Position numbers and translations under genes: made by a program | Shown here: positions 38,076 to 47,705 of the stretch, piece by piece | Numbering within the stretch: the stretch's first letter is position 1 | Layout of the letters: each line of letters opens with the position of its first letter | DNA from: an uncultured Gemmatimonadaceae bacterium | GTDB lineage: Bacteria > Gemmatimonadota > Gemmatimonadetes > Gemmatimonadales > Gemmatimonadaceae | Assembly: GCA_963761305.1 (NCBI GenBank) | Contig: CAVXGK010000002.1 | Location: forward strand, 1,824,001 to 1,888,000 | DNA: 64,000 bases | Reading direction: 5' to 3' | The notes under the pieces: generated by a model | The model's database searches: none | What the model saw: the letters and a program-made list of their open reading frames with translations, nothing else | Told to the model about the DNA's origin: nothing

Positions 38076-39422
38076 GTGGGTCGAACGTCATTCGTGCAAC
38101 AGAGTCCGTTCCTCGTGATTCTGACCGTGGCCGCCGCGTGCGCCAACGGGCCGGCGCAGTCGGCGGTCGACCCGGCGCTGGCGCGGTACATCAATGCCAT
38201 TCGCGCGATCGACGATCACGCCCACCCGATGCGCCCCGTGGCCCAGGGCGCGCCGGCGGACACCGACTTCGATGCGCTGCCGCTCGACGGCATTCCGCCG
38301 TTCGATTTGCCGGCGCGCCTCAAGCCCGACGATGCGATCTGGCGGCAGGCGCAGAGCGCGCTCTATCACATTCCGCCCACCCTGAGCGGCGCCCCGTATC
38401 ACTCGACGCTCAAAAACGACGTCGCTTCAGTGCAGCGGACGAATGGGCTGCGATTCCCGGAATGGGCGCTCGACCAGGCGAACATCGACGTGATGATCGC
38501 CAATCGCATCTCCGTCGGTCCTGGGCTCGCGCCGCCGCGCTTCCGCTGGCTGTCGTTCGTCGATCCGCTCATGCTGCCGCTCGACGTGAGCGCCGAAGCG
38601 ACGCTCACTCCCGACACGCGCCCGCTGTACCCGCGCGAAGCGAAGCTCCTCAAGCGCTACATGAACGACATCAACGTGGCGTCGTTGCCGGCGACGCTCG
38701 ACGAATACGTCCGCACCATCGTCGCGCCGACGATCGCGCGCATGCGTGCCAACGGCGCCGTCGGCGTCAAATTCGAGGCGGCGTATCTGCGTCCGCTCAA
38801 CTTCGACGATCCGGATTCGGCCGGCGCGGCGCGCATCTACGCCAAGTTCGCGCGCGGCGGCGTTCCGTCGCACGCCGAATACAAGACGGTCGAGGACTAT
38901 CTGTTTCGCGCCATCGCACGCGAGGCCGGCGCGCAGAAGCTGCCCGTGCAGATCCACGTGCTCGAGACGTTCGGCGGATTCTACGCGACGCACGGCAGCG
39001 CGCCGCACCTGCTCGAGCCGGCGTTCAACGATTCGACGCTGCGCGCCACGAAGTTCATCATCGTGCACGGCGGATGGCCGCTGGTCGGCGAAACGCAGGC
39101 GCTGCTCTCCAAGCCGAACGTCTACACCGACATCTCGATGATGGACGACATTCTTTCGCCGACAGTCCTCGCCGGCGTGCTGCGCCAATGGCTCGGCGAA
39201 TGGCCGGACAAGGTGCTCTTCGGCACCGACGCGTTCGATGGCGGCGTCGAGCAAGGGTGGGAGCAGATCGCGTGGGTCGGATCGACGACGGCGCGTCGCG
39301 CGCTCGCCATTTCGCTCACCGGCATGATGCGCGACGGCGACATCAACCGCGACCGCGCTGAAATGCTCGCGCGGATGGTGCTGCACGACAACGCGCAGTC
39401 CGTGTACGGACTGACGAAATAG
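38076..39422 (+). CDS. Amidohydrolase family protein (lipoprotein-like)
   Basis: AIDDHAHP, VQIHV, IVHGGWP, KVLFGTD; GTG start inferred. Confidence 0.85.
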   Translation: MGRTSFVQQSPFLVILTVAAACANGPAQSAVDPALARYINAIRAIDDHAHPMRPVAQGAPADTDFDALPLDGIPPFDLPARLKPDDAIWRQAQSALYHIPPTLSGAPYHSTLKNDVASVQRTNGLRFPEWALDQANIDVMIANRISVGPGLAPPRFRWLSFVDPLMLPLDVSAEATLTPDTRPLYPREAKLLKRYMNDINVASLPATLDEYVRTIVAPTIARMRANGAVGVKFEAAYLRPLNFDDPDSAGAARIYAKFARGGVPSHAEYKTVEDYLFRAIAREAGAQKLPVQIHVLETFGGFYATHGSAPHLLEPAFNDSTLRATKFIIVHGGWPLVGETQALLSKPNVYTDISMMDDILSPTVLAGVLRQWLGEWPDKVLFGTDAFDGGVEQGWEQIAWVGSTTARRALAISLTGMMRDGDINRDRAEMLARMVLHDNAQSVYGLTK

Positions 39423-39435
39423 TTGGGACGAGTGA

Positions 39436-41094
39436 TCAGCGCCGGCGCGAGGCGACGAACATCGACCACGCGAGGCCAGCGAGCAACACGATCGACACGG
39501 CGAACAGCGTGATCGAGATGACCTTCTGCCCGCGATCGAACGCCTGATACGCCAACACGCCGGCCGCGGTGCCGATCACGCAGTAGACGAGCTGCCGCGC
39601 GCCGGCGTAGACGAGGCGCGCCGCCACGGTGATCTCCGGAACGCGGATCTCCATTTCGCCGCGGTTCGCGCGGCCGAGCGTCTGGCGAACGTCTTCCGGC
39701 AAGACGGTGGCGCTCTTGGCCATTTCCTTGATCGCGGTGACGATCAGGTCGGTCCAACTGCGATCAGGTCCGGCCACAACGCCCTCCAGATAAGGACGGA
39801 TCACCGTCATCGGATTCCACTGCGGAGCGAGCTCGATGCACAGGCCGACCAACAGCAGCAGCGTCCGCTCGAGAAGCACCCAGTTCTTCGGTACCTGAAA
39901 TGTCGCGGCAAGCTTGCGGAACGACACGTCGAGACGCCGGAGATCGGCCATCTGCTCCAGCTTGGCGCGCATGTCCATCTGAAGGTCGCCCAGTCCCCAG
40001 GACTCGCCGGCGATCTGCTCGAATACCGTGCGCTGAAAGTAGTCGATGACTCTCTGTGCCACGTCGGTCGACCCGGGATCGCGCGCGATGAATCCCATCG
40101 TGCGCACCGCGTTCGTGATCTGGACGCCGTCGCGGCGAATCACGCCCTCGAAAAACTCGCGTACGCCGCGCCGCATCGTGTCCGACAGCTCGCCGACGGC
40201 GCCGAAGTCGACGAACACGATCGCGCCGTCTGGGGCGACGAACAGATTGCCCGGATGCGGGTCGGCGTGATACACGCCGTCGACGAAGATCATCCGGCAA
40301 TACGCGCTCACCACCCGCTCGGCCACCGTGCGCCGGTCGAGTCCGAGCAATTCGATCGCGCCGAAGTCGATGACCTTGGCGCCGTCCACGAACTCCGTCG
40401 TCAGCACGCGTTCGGTGGATCGCTCCGGCACCACGCGCGGCATGCGCACGAGCCGGTCGCCGGCGAAGCTGTTGGCGATCCGCGCGACATTCTCCGCCTC
40501 GCGACGGAAGTCGAGCTCTTCGCCGATCATCTGGCTGATTTCCGGGTGGTACGCCTCCATGCCTCGCACGCGCGTGAAGTACTGCACGATGGCGAGAATC
40601 CGGCGGATCGTTTCGAGGTCTTCGGCCGCGACGCGCTCGATGTCGGCGTGCTGCACCTTCACGGCCACGCGGCGGCCATCATCCAGCCGCGCCTCGTGCA
40701 CTTGGGCGAGCGACGCCGTCGCCAACGGCTTCCGGTCGAACGACGCAAAGACCGCGTCAGGATCGGCGCCGAATTCGGCGCGAATCCGCGCGACGATCTC
40801 GTCGAACGGTCGCGGCGGGAGACGATCCTGCAGCCCCTCGAGCTGCGCGCGGAATTCCGGCGGCAGCACGTTGGCCAAAACGCTGATCAGCTGCCCGACC
40901 TTGATGAACAGGCCGCCTGCTCGGATGATCGCGTCTCGAATCCGGCGCGCGTTGGCGCGATGCCTGGCCTCGAGCAGCTCGGCGTAGCGCGCCGGGGCCA
41001 CGAATGGGCGACGGGCTCGGAGCAACAGGTAGCTCGCGAGCACGCGCGTCGTGGTCCCGTAGATTCGAACCAGTCTGAAGCGAGCGCGAGCCAT
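39436..41094 (-). CDS. ABC1/AarF/UbiB family kinase
   Basis: FIKVGQ, LATASLAQVH, VAVKVQ, ELDF, HADPHPGN, VDFG. Confidence 0.93.
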   Translation of the reverse strand: MARARFRLVRIYGTTTRVLASYLLLRARRPFVAPARYAELLEARHRANARRIRDAIIRAGGLFIKVGQLISVLANVLPPEFRAQLEGLQDRLPPRPFDEIVARIRAEFGADPDAVFASFDRKPLATASLAQVHEARLDDGRRVAVKVQHADIERVAAEDLETIRRILAIVQYFTRVRGMEAYHPEISQMIGEELDFRREAENVARIANSFAGDRLVRMPRVVPERSTERVLTTEFVDGAKVIDFGAIELLGLDRRTVAERVVSAYCRMIFVDGVYHADPHPGNLFVAPDGAIVFVDFGAVGELSDTMRRGVREFFEGVIRRDGVQITNAVRTMGFIARDPGSTDVAQRVIDYFQRTVFEQIAGESWGLGDLQMDMRAKLEQMADLRRLDVSFRKLAATFQVPKNWVLLERTLLLLVGLCIELAPQWNPMTVIRPYLEGVVAGPDRSWTDLIVTAIKEMAKSATVLPEDVRQTLGRANRGEMEIRVPEITVAARLVYAGARQLVYCVIGTAAGVLAYQAFDRGQKVISITLFAVSIVLLAGLAWSMFVASRRR

Positions 41095-41134
41095 GCGGCT
41101 TAAGCTACAGCACTCTCCATGGAGGGTTCCCGAA

Positions 41135-43060
41135 ATGAACGTCGTCCGGCGCGGCGCATTGGCGTTTTCACTGTCGGTGACAATGGCGTCGCTGCTCGGC
41201 GCACAGACGCACGCATCGGTCGCCGATTCGTCCCACTTCCGCGCGCTCACGCTGCCGACACCGAACGAGTACCGCGCGGCGGACGGACGGCCGGGACCCA
41301 AATACTGGCAGCAGCAGGTGAACTATCGCATCGACGCGACGCTCGATCCGGTGAAGAACGAGATTCGCGGCGCCGAGACGATTCACTATGTGAATCGGTC
41401 GCCGATGACCCTGCCCTATCTATGGTTGTTCGTCGAGCAGAACCTGTGCGAGCCGAACAGCGTCACGAACGTGCTCAACCAACCGCCGCTCGTCTTCCTC
41501 GGCACGAGCTTCGACTTCTCGTGCCAGGGTTTCAACAGCGCCCCGCGACTGGAATCGATGACGATCCACGGCCGCGAGGTGAAGCGCACGCGCTACGGTA
41601 CGACGCTGCGCGTCGACCTGGATTCGGCGCTCGCGCCGGGCGCGTCGGTCGATATCGCCGCGCGATGGCACTTCAACGTGCCGCTCCAGGGCGGCGGCCG
41701 CATGGGACACGACGGACTGCTGTATGAGATCGCGCAATGGTATCCGCGGCTCGCCGTCTACGACGACGTGAAGGGCTGGAACCACGAGCCGTACATCGGC
41801 GCGGGAGAGTTCTATCTCGAGTACGGCGACTTCGACGTCACGCTCACCGTACCGAACGAAGACCTCGTCGCAGCGACGGGTGAGCTGCAGAACGGCGCGC
41901 AGGTACTCACGCCCACGCAACGGCAGCGACTCGATGTTGCACGCCACTCGGATACGGCGATCGCGATCATCACGGCCGCGGAGGCGGGCGACGCGGCAAA
42001 GACTCGCCCTGCTGCTGGACAGGCGGCGCCCAGAGCGTGGCACTACACGGCGCACAACGTTCGCGACTTCGCCTTCGCCGCGGGACCGGGCATGCGCTGG
42101 GATGCGAGTGGATACAACGGCATTCTGATCGAAGATCTCTATCGACCGAAAGCCGACAAATGGCCCGAAGTGAACCGTATTGGCCGCGAGGCGATCAAGT
42201 ACTACTCGGAGCAGTGGTTCCCGTATCCGTACTCACACGCCACGACCGTTGAAGGGCCGATCGAGGGCATGGAGTACCCGATGCTCACCTTCACGCCCAA
42301 CAGCCCGACGCGCGAAGACCAGCAGTGGGTCATCGCGCACGAATTCGGCCACGAGTGGTTCCCGATGGTCGTCGGGTCGAACGAGCGTCTGTATCCATGG
42401 ATGGACGAGGGCTTCAACACGTTCATCGACCTCGGCAACGCGGCGAAGTACTTCGCCGGCAAACCCTACGGCGATACGATCGAAGTGCATCCGCTGCATC
42501 TCTACGCCGAGCACGCGGTGCCGGGGAACGAGCAGCCCTTGATCGAGAAGCCGGTCGAGGTGCGCGACCTTTTCTGGGGCGGCTACCAGAAACCCGCGCT
42601 CATGATGCAGATGCTTCGCTACGAGGTCCTCGGCAAGGAGCGGTTCGACTCGGCGTTTCGCGCCTACATTCGCGCCTGGGCGTTCAAGCATCCCACGCCG
42701 TCGGACTTTTTCCGGATGATGCGCGACGAGTCGGGCATGGAGCTCGACTGGTTCTGGCGCGACTGGATCTTCACGACGGCGCGGCTCGACCAAGCGGTGG
42801 ATTCAGTCGCGCGCGCGGCCGACGGGACGACGAGCGTCTACCTCTCCAATCGCGGCACGATGGTCATGCCAGCGACGCTGGCAATCACGTTCACCGACGG
42901 ATCGACGCAAGAGGTGAAGCTGCCGATCGAGATGTGGAACTTGAGCGACCGATTCGCCTATCGCGTGCCGGGCACCAAAACCGTGCAACGCGTGGTCGTG
43001 GATCCACGCAGCGCGTTGCCCGACATCGATCGGGCGAACAACGCGTGGCCGAGGAAGTAG
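41135..43060 (+). CDS. M1 family metallopeptidase, secreted
   Basis: GMEYP, AHEFGHEWF (HEXXH), WMDEGFNTF. Confidence 0.93.
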   Translation: MNVVRRGALAFSLSVTMASLLGAQTHASVADSSHFRALTLPTPNEYRAADGRPGPKYWQQQVNYRIDATLDPVKNEIRGAETIHYVNRSPMTLPYLWLFVEQNLCEPNSVTNVLNQPPLVFLGTSFDFSCQGFNSAPRLESMTIHGREVKRTRYGTTLRVDLDSALAPGASVDIAARWHFNVPLQGGGRMGHDGLLYEIAQWYPRLAVYDDVKGWNHEPYIGAGEFYLEYGDFDVTLTVPNEDLVAATGELQNGAQVLTPTQRQRLDVARHSDTAIAIITAAEAGDAAKTRPAAGQAAPRAWHYTAHNVRDFAFAAGPGMRWDASGYNGILIEDLYRPKADKWPEVNRIGREAIKYYSEQWFPYPYSHATTVEGPIEGMEYPMLTFTPNSPTREDQQWVIAHEFGHEWFPMVVGSNERLYPWMDEGFNTFIDLGNAAKYFAGKPYGDTIEVHPLHLYAEHAVPGNEQPLIEKPVEVRDLFWGGYQKPALMMQMLRYEVLGKERFDSAFRAYIRAWAFKHPTPSDFFRMMRDESGMELDWFWRDWIFTTARLDQAVDSVARAADGTTSVYLSNRGTMVMPATLAITFTDGSTQEVKLPIEMWNLSDRFAYRVPGTKTVQRVVVDPRSALPDIDRANNAWPRK

Positions 43061-43062
43061 GC

Positions 43063-43120
43063 GGCGGTCTACCGGTCTACCGGTCTACCGGTCTACCGGT
43101 CTACCGGTCTACCGGTCCAC
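43063..43120. repeat. Tandem octamer REP-like repeat (ACCGGTCT)n
   Basis: About six tandem copies between convergent M1 peptidase and cutC. Confidence 0.88.
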
Positions 43121-43777
43121 CTATCCCCGAACGGCCGTCACGATGTCGCTGATGCGCGACGGATCCAGATCGCAGCGGGCGTGCACCTCGGTGACGCCAG
43201 TTTGGTCGACGAGTGTGCGAGCGTTCTCACCGCGAACTTTGCCGCCGGCCATGATCGTGATGCGGCCAAGGGATTCGTAGACGAGATCGCGCAGCATGTC
43301 GATGCCCTCGACGGCGGGGCCTGTGCCGCCGCCGGTGAGAACGCGATCCACGCCCGATTCGACGAGCGCTTCGAGCGCCGTCGCCGCGCTGCGCGCTTCG
43401 TCGAATGCGCGATGGAACGTGACGGGATGGAACGCCGACCGCGTGACCAGCTCGCGCGTGAGCGGGCGATTCACGTCCCCGTTCTGCTCCAGCGCGCCGA
43501 ACACGAAGCCGTCCACCCCGAGGGCGAGCGCGGCGTCGATCGACTTGCGCATCTGATCGGCTTCCGCCGGCGTGTACACGAACGATCCGCCGCGCGGGCG
43601 AATCATCACGAACAGCGGAATCTTCACCGCGCCCCTGACCGCGGTGATCAGCTCGGCGCTCGGCGTCGTGCCGCCGACGTCGAGCTGCGCGCACAATTCC
43701 AGACGTCCCGCGCCGCCTTTCGCTGCCGCGACGGCTGCTTCGAGGCTGTCGACACACGCCTCGACCAGCACGGTCAC
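43121..43777 (-). CDS. cutC: Copper homeostasis protein CutC
   Basis: VEACVDS, RLELCAQLDVGGTTPS, VMIRPRGGSFVY, TFHRAFD; GTGA overlap with upstream gene. Confidence 0.92.
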   Translation of the reverse strand: MTVLVEACVDSLEAAVAAAKGGAGRLELCAQLDVGGTTPSAELITAVRGAVKIPLFVMIRPRGGSFVYTPAEADQMRKSIDAALALGVDGFVFGALEQNGDVNRPLTRELVTRSAFHPVTFHRAFDEARSAATALEALVESGVDRVLTGGGTGPAVEGIDMLRDLVYESLGRITIMAGGKVRGENARTLVDQTGVTEVHARCDLDPSRISDIVTAVRG

Positions 43778-44298
43778 CGTGCTGGCGGCCGCTCGTGAAT
43801 CGGATTCGCGTTGTACTCCCGCGATTTGCCCTTCGGAATAGTGATCCATTGCCAGTCGCTCGAGAGGATGCGCGCCAGAATGATGATCTGCCCGCAGTGG
43901 TTGGCGATGTGCGAGAGGGAACGCGTGAGCGCCGAGTGTACCGTCATCGGCTGACCGCGCACCGTCACCGTCGCCGTGAGGTCGGCGTCGGTGAGCGGTG
44001 TGAGCTCGGCGTCCAACGTATCCCAACCCTTGCTCCAGAGTGCCTGTGCGTCGGCGCGAGCGAAGGGTCCCTCGGTGAACTCTCCGTCGCGGTCGCGCCA
44101 AGGCTTCTCGCCGTCGGCCACGAGGAAATCGCTGAAGCGCGATGAGAGGTTTCCGCCGACGTGACGCATCAGCATCGCGACCGAGTTGCCGTCCTTCGAC
44201 AGGACGCGATTGAGTTGATCGTGGGGCACCTGCTCGATCGCCTTCTCGGCGGCGAGGCGCCAGCGCCGATACTCGTCGATGAAGTCCGTGATGTACAT
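43774..44298 (-). CDS. DinB-like DUF1572 family protein
   Basis: NSVAMLMRHVGGNLSSRFSDFL..DGEKPWRDRDGEF, HIANHCGQI, WITIPKGKS. Confidence 0.85.
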   Translation of the reverse strand: MYITDFIDEYRRWRLAAEKAIEQVPHDQLNRVLSKDGNSVAMLMRHVGGNLSSRFSDFLVADGEKPWRDRDGEFTEGPFARADAQALWSKGWDTLDAELTPLTDADLTATVTVRGQPMTVHSALTRSLSHIANHCGQIIILARILSSDWQWITIPKGKSREYNANPIHERPPAR

Positions 44299-44350
44299 GG
44301 TATGTGTATCTTACGCGCTTCCCGTCCCCTGCTCCACGCCCGCCGTGCTA

Positions 44351-45523
44351 ATGAACTTTCACGACAAGCCGGTGTTTCCGCGCGGATTTCGATGCGCGAG
44401 CCGGAACTGCGGCCTCAAACCGTCCGCCAAGGATCTCGCGCTGTTCGTGAGCGAGGTGGATGCCGCTGCGGCCGCTGTGTTTACGCGCAACCAGTTCCCG
44501 GGCGCACCGGTTGTGCTCGGTAGAGAAACGATCCGCGGCGGCGTGCTCCGCGCGATCGTGGCGAACAGCAAATACAGCAACGTCGCCACCGGGGCGGAGG
44601 GGCTGGAATCGGCGCGACGGATGGCCACCGCCGCGGCGAACGAGATCGGCAGCGACGCGTCGCGAGTGCTCGTCAGCTCGACGGGCGTGATCGGCGTGCG
44701 GCTGCCGATCGAGACCGTCGAGCGCGGATTGGTCGGCATGTCGCAGGAGCTGGTCGCCGATCCGATCATCGGCGCGGAAGGGATCATGACGACCGACACG
44801 TACGCCAAGGCGCTGTCCGTGTCCGTGCCGGGAAGCAATGCGACGATCACCTGGATCGCCAAGGGCTCAGGGATGATCGAGCCGAACATGGCGACGATGC
44901 TCGCCTACATCTTCACCGACGCGGCCGTCGAGGCAGCGGCGCTCGACCGCGCGCTCCACGACGCGGTGCACGTCTCGTTCAACATGTTGTCGGTGGACAC
45001 CGACACGAGCACGTCGGACACGTGCGCGATTCTCGCCAACGGATTGGCGGGACCCGTCGACGCGCGCGCATTTGCCGACGCGCTCACGGCCGGGTGCATT
45101 CGCATGACCGAGATGCTGGCGCGCGACGGTGAGGGGGCCGAGCATCTCATTCGGGCCACGGTCCGCGGAGCGGAGAACGACGACGACGCGCGCCGCGTCG
45201 CGAAGTCGCTCGTCAATTCGCCGCTGGTGAAGACGATGGTGCACGGCGCCGATCCGAACGTCGGCCGGCTGTTGATGGCCGTAGGCAAATGCTTCGAGGT
45301 GATGCTCGATCCGAACGCGACGGACGCGTGGATCAACGGGCATCCGGTGGTTCGCGGCGGCCGGCGTCTCGACTTCGACGACGACGTTGTGCGCGCCACG
45401 CTCACCGCCGAAGAAGTCGAGCTCGTCGTGGCGCTCGGCGCGGGAGACGCGTCGGCGACCGCCTACGGGTGCGACTTGACCAAGGGCTACGTCGAGGAGA
45501 ACGCGGCGTACTACTCGAGCTGA
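44351..45523 (+). CDS. argJ: Ornithine acetyltransferase / N-acetylglutamate synthase
   Basis: SSTGVIG, IMTTDT, AKGSGMIEPNMATML, DTSTSD, ARDGEGA, YGCDLT. Confidence 0.95.
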   Translation: MNFHDKPVFPRGFRCASRNCGLKPSAKDLALFVSEVDAAAAAVFTRNQFPGAPVVLGRETIRGGVLRAIVANSKYSNVATGAEGLESARRMATAAANEIGSDASRVLVSSTGVIGVRLPIETVERGLVGMSQELVADPIIGAEGIMTTDTYAKALSVSVPGSNATITWIAKGSGMIEPNMATMLAYIFTDAAVEAAALDRALHDAVHVSFNMLSVDTDTSTSDTCAILANGLAGPVDARAFADALTAGCIRMTEMLARDGEGAEHLIRATVRGAENDDDARRVAKSLVNSPLVKTMVHGADPNVGRLLMAVGKCFEVMLDPNATDAWINGHPVVRGGRRLDFDDDVVRATLTAEEVELVVALGAGDASATAYGCDLTKGYVEENAAYYSS

Positions 45524-45563
45524 CTATTTCTCGCGGGTCCGGAGGCTGAGCGACCTCCCGCTG

Positions 45564-46001
45564 CTACGTCACCGCCATGCACTCGATCTCGACACGCGCG
45601 TTCAGCGCCAGCCCCGACGCCGCCATCGCGCTGCGCGCCGGCCGCCGCGCACGGAAGTACGAGAGATAGATCTCGTTGAAATCATTGTAGTCGCGAATGT
45701 CGGCCAGGAACACCGTGCACTTGACGACACGGTCCAGCCCCGAGCCGTTCTTCTCGAGCGTCGCCTTGATGTTGTTGAGCGCCTGCCGCGCCTCGGTTTG
45801 GAGGCCGCCTGGGACGAGTCGACCGCTCGTGTCCGTGCCGATCTGTCCGGCCAGATACAGCATCTCACCCACGCGAACGGCTTCCGAGAACGGAGCCGCG
45901 GGACGGGGAGACGGAATCCATTCCACCTCGAGCGCGTTCGGGTGAGCGCACGCGGTCGAGAGTGCGGAGGCTGCGAACACGATACCGATGAATCGTCGCA
46001 T
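45564..46001 (-). CDS. RidA (YjgF/YER057c/UK114) family protein with N-terminal lipoprotein-like signal
   Basis: PFSEAVRVGEMLYLAGQIG, VVKCTVFL, RPARSA, RVEIECMA. Confidence 0.9.
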   Translation of the reverse strand: MRRFIGIVFAASALSTACAHPNALEVEWIPSPRPAAPFSEAVRVGEMLYLAGQIGTDTSGRLVPGGLQTEARQALNNIKATLEKNGSGLDRVVKCTVFLADIRDYNDFNEIYLSYFRARRPARSAMAASGLALNARVEIECMAVT

Positions 46002-46100
46002 GGTGGGCGGGCTCGGTGAGAGTTGCGCCGATGATGCACGCACAGGTGTCGCGGGGCTAGTGGGTGCGAAATGCGCCGGTGTCGCTAGAATGGTCACGCA

Positions 46101-47297
46101 ATGGCTCCATCTCTCGACCGTCGAAAATGGCTGGCCGCCGCATCGGTCGCGTTCGTGCTCGCGGCCACGATGGTCCCCACGCACGCGCCCGACCAGCCGT
46201 TCTCGACGTGCATCCTGTGCGGCGAGCAGGGCGGCGCCGATGCGCTGGCCAACGTGCTCTTGTTTCTCCCGATTGGTCTCGCGTTCGGCGCGCTCACACG
46301 ACGCGTCTGGACCACCGTGCTCGCCGCCGCGCTCTTCTCGACCGCGATCGAGATCACGCAAACGCTGGCCATCCACGGCCGCGACGGCGCACTCGGGGAC
46401 ATCGTCTTCAACACGCTCGGCGCGTTCATCGGCGGCTGGATCATCACGCGACGCGCGTCGCGACTGAGTGCGGGATCCCTGATGCAGTGGCGCGCCCGCG
46501 CCGCGATCGGCGCTGCGGGGGCGGCGATCGGTGTCGTACTTCTCACAGGGTTCGTCGCGACGCCAGTCTTTCCTCGAACCAAGTGGTTCGGCCAGTGGAC
46601 GCCCCAGTTCGGCGGGATGGCGTACTACGACGGTCGCGTCCTCGACGCCCGCATCGGCGGCCGATTCGTTCCGTCGACAGCTCTCGTGGACTCGGACGCC
46701 GTCCGAGCCAGTTGGATCCGCGGTGAGCCGCTCGTCGTGACGGCGACGGCAAGTCCTCCGACCGCGGACTTGTCGACGGTTTTCAGCATCGCCGACGAAT
46801 ACGAGCGGTTCATGCTCCTCCTCGGCGTCGACGGTCCGGACCTGAGCTTCGTTCTCGGAAGGCGCGCCACGAACGCGCGGCTCGTCGAGCCGGTGATTCG
46901 GATTCCGAATGCACTGCGCGGAGTACCCCCCGGAGACACGCTGGTGCTCGAGGCGCGGCTCGACGGCCGCGGCGTGTGTTTGGGTCGACGACCGGATTTT
47001 CGATGCGATCTCGGTCTCACGCCGGGGACGGGCTGGCAATTCCTCGTTCGCGTCGACGCGGTGCGGCGACACACGGCGATTCTCGACGCCATCTGGATTG
47101 GCGCGTTGGTGCTGCCGGCGGCATTCTGGTTCGAGAGCACGTGGATGGCGCTCATCGTTGCCGTGGCGATCTGCGCGGCGGCGCCGGCGGCCGTCGGGCT
47201 TCGCCAGTCTCCGCCGAGCGAGTGGGCCGGCGCGCTCGCCGGCGTCGCCGCCGGCCGGATCCTCGAGGCCTGGACGAGGCGCACGCGGCACCCCTAG
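46101..47297 (+). CDS. VanZ family membrane protein
   Basis: DALANVLLFLPIG, AIEITQ..GRDGALGDIVFNTLG. Confidence 0.8.
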   Translation: MAPSLDRRKWLAAASVAFVLAATMVPTHAPDQPFSTCILCGEQGGADALANVLLFLPIGLAFGALTRRVWTTVLAAALFSTAIEITQTLAIHGRDGALGDIVFNTLGAFIGGWIITRRASRLSAGSLMQWRARAAIGAAGAAIGVVLLTGFVATPVFPRTKWFGQWTPQFGGMAYYDGRVLDARIGGRFVPSTALVDSDAVRASWIRGEPLVVTATASPPTADLSTVFSIADEYERFMLLLGVDGPDLSFVLGRRATNARLVEPVIRIPNALRGVPPGDTLVLEARLDGRGVCLGRRPDFRCDLGLTPGTGWQFLVRVDAVRRHTAILDAIWIGALVLPAAFWFESTWMALIVAVAICAAAPAAVGLRQSPPSEWAGALAGVAAGRILEAWTRRTRHP

Positions 47298-47340
47298 CGA
47301 CACCCAGGCAACGATTGTAGCCTCCCTGGTGTCACACAGG
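47293..47340. promoter_or_regulatory. Two imperfect palindromes, candidate PadR operators
   Basis: CCTAG-CGACAC-CCAGG (47293-47308) and CCTGG-TGTCAC-ACAGG (47325-47340) just upstream of padR. Confidence 0.45.
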
Positions 47341-47357
47341 GTAACCGGGAGCGCCCA

Positions 47358-47705
47358 ATGGCCGACGCGCAGTCAGACCTTCTCCGCAGCAGCCTCGATC
47401 TTCTCGTGCTGAAAGCCCTGTCGTGGGGACCGATGCACGGCTATTCGATCAGCGAGTGGATCGAGGGCGCGAGCGAATCCGTCCTCTTGCTCGAGGAAGG
47501 GACGCTCTACCCCGCCCTGCACCGTCTCGAACGGCGCGGATGGATCGCCGCCGAATGGGGCGTGTCGGACAACAATCGTCGCGCGAAGTTCTACAAGCTC
47601 ACGACTGCCGGGCGCGCTCGCTTCCGCGCCGAGTCGCCGGTGTGGCACAAGCACGCGAAGGCGATCGTCGCCGCGCTCGGACGGAAGACGCCGGAGCCGT
47701 CGTGA
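47358..47705 (+). CDS. PadR family transcriptional regulator (ADOP-associated type)
   Basis: LDLLVLKALSWGPMHGY, EEGTLYPALHRLE, EWGVSDNNRRAKFY. Confidence 0.95.
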   Translation: MADAQSDLLRSSLDLLVLKALSWGPMHGYSISEWIEGASESVLLLEEGTLYPALHRLERRGWIAAEWGVSDNNRRAKFYKLTTAGRARFRAESPVWHKHAKAIVAALGRKTPEPS

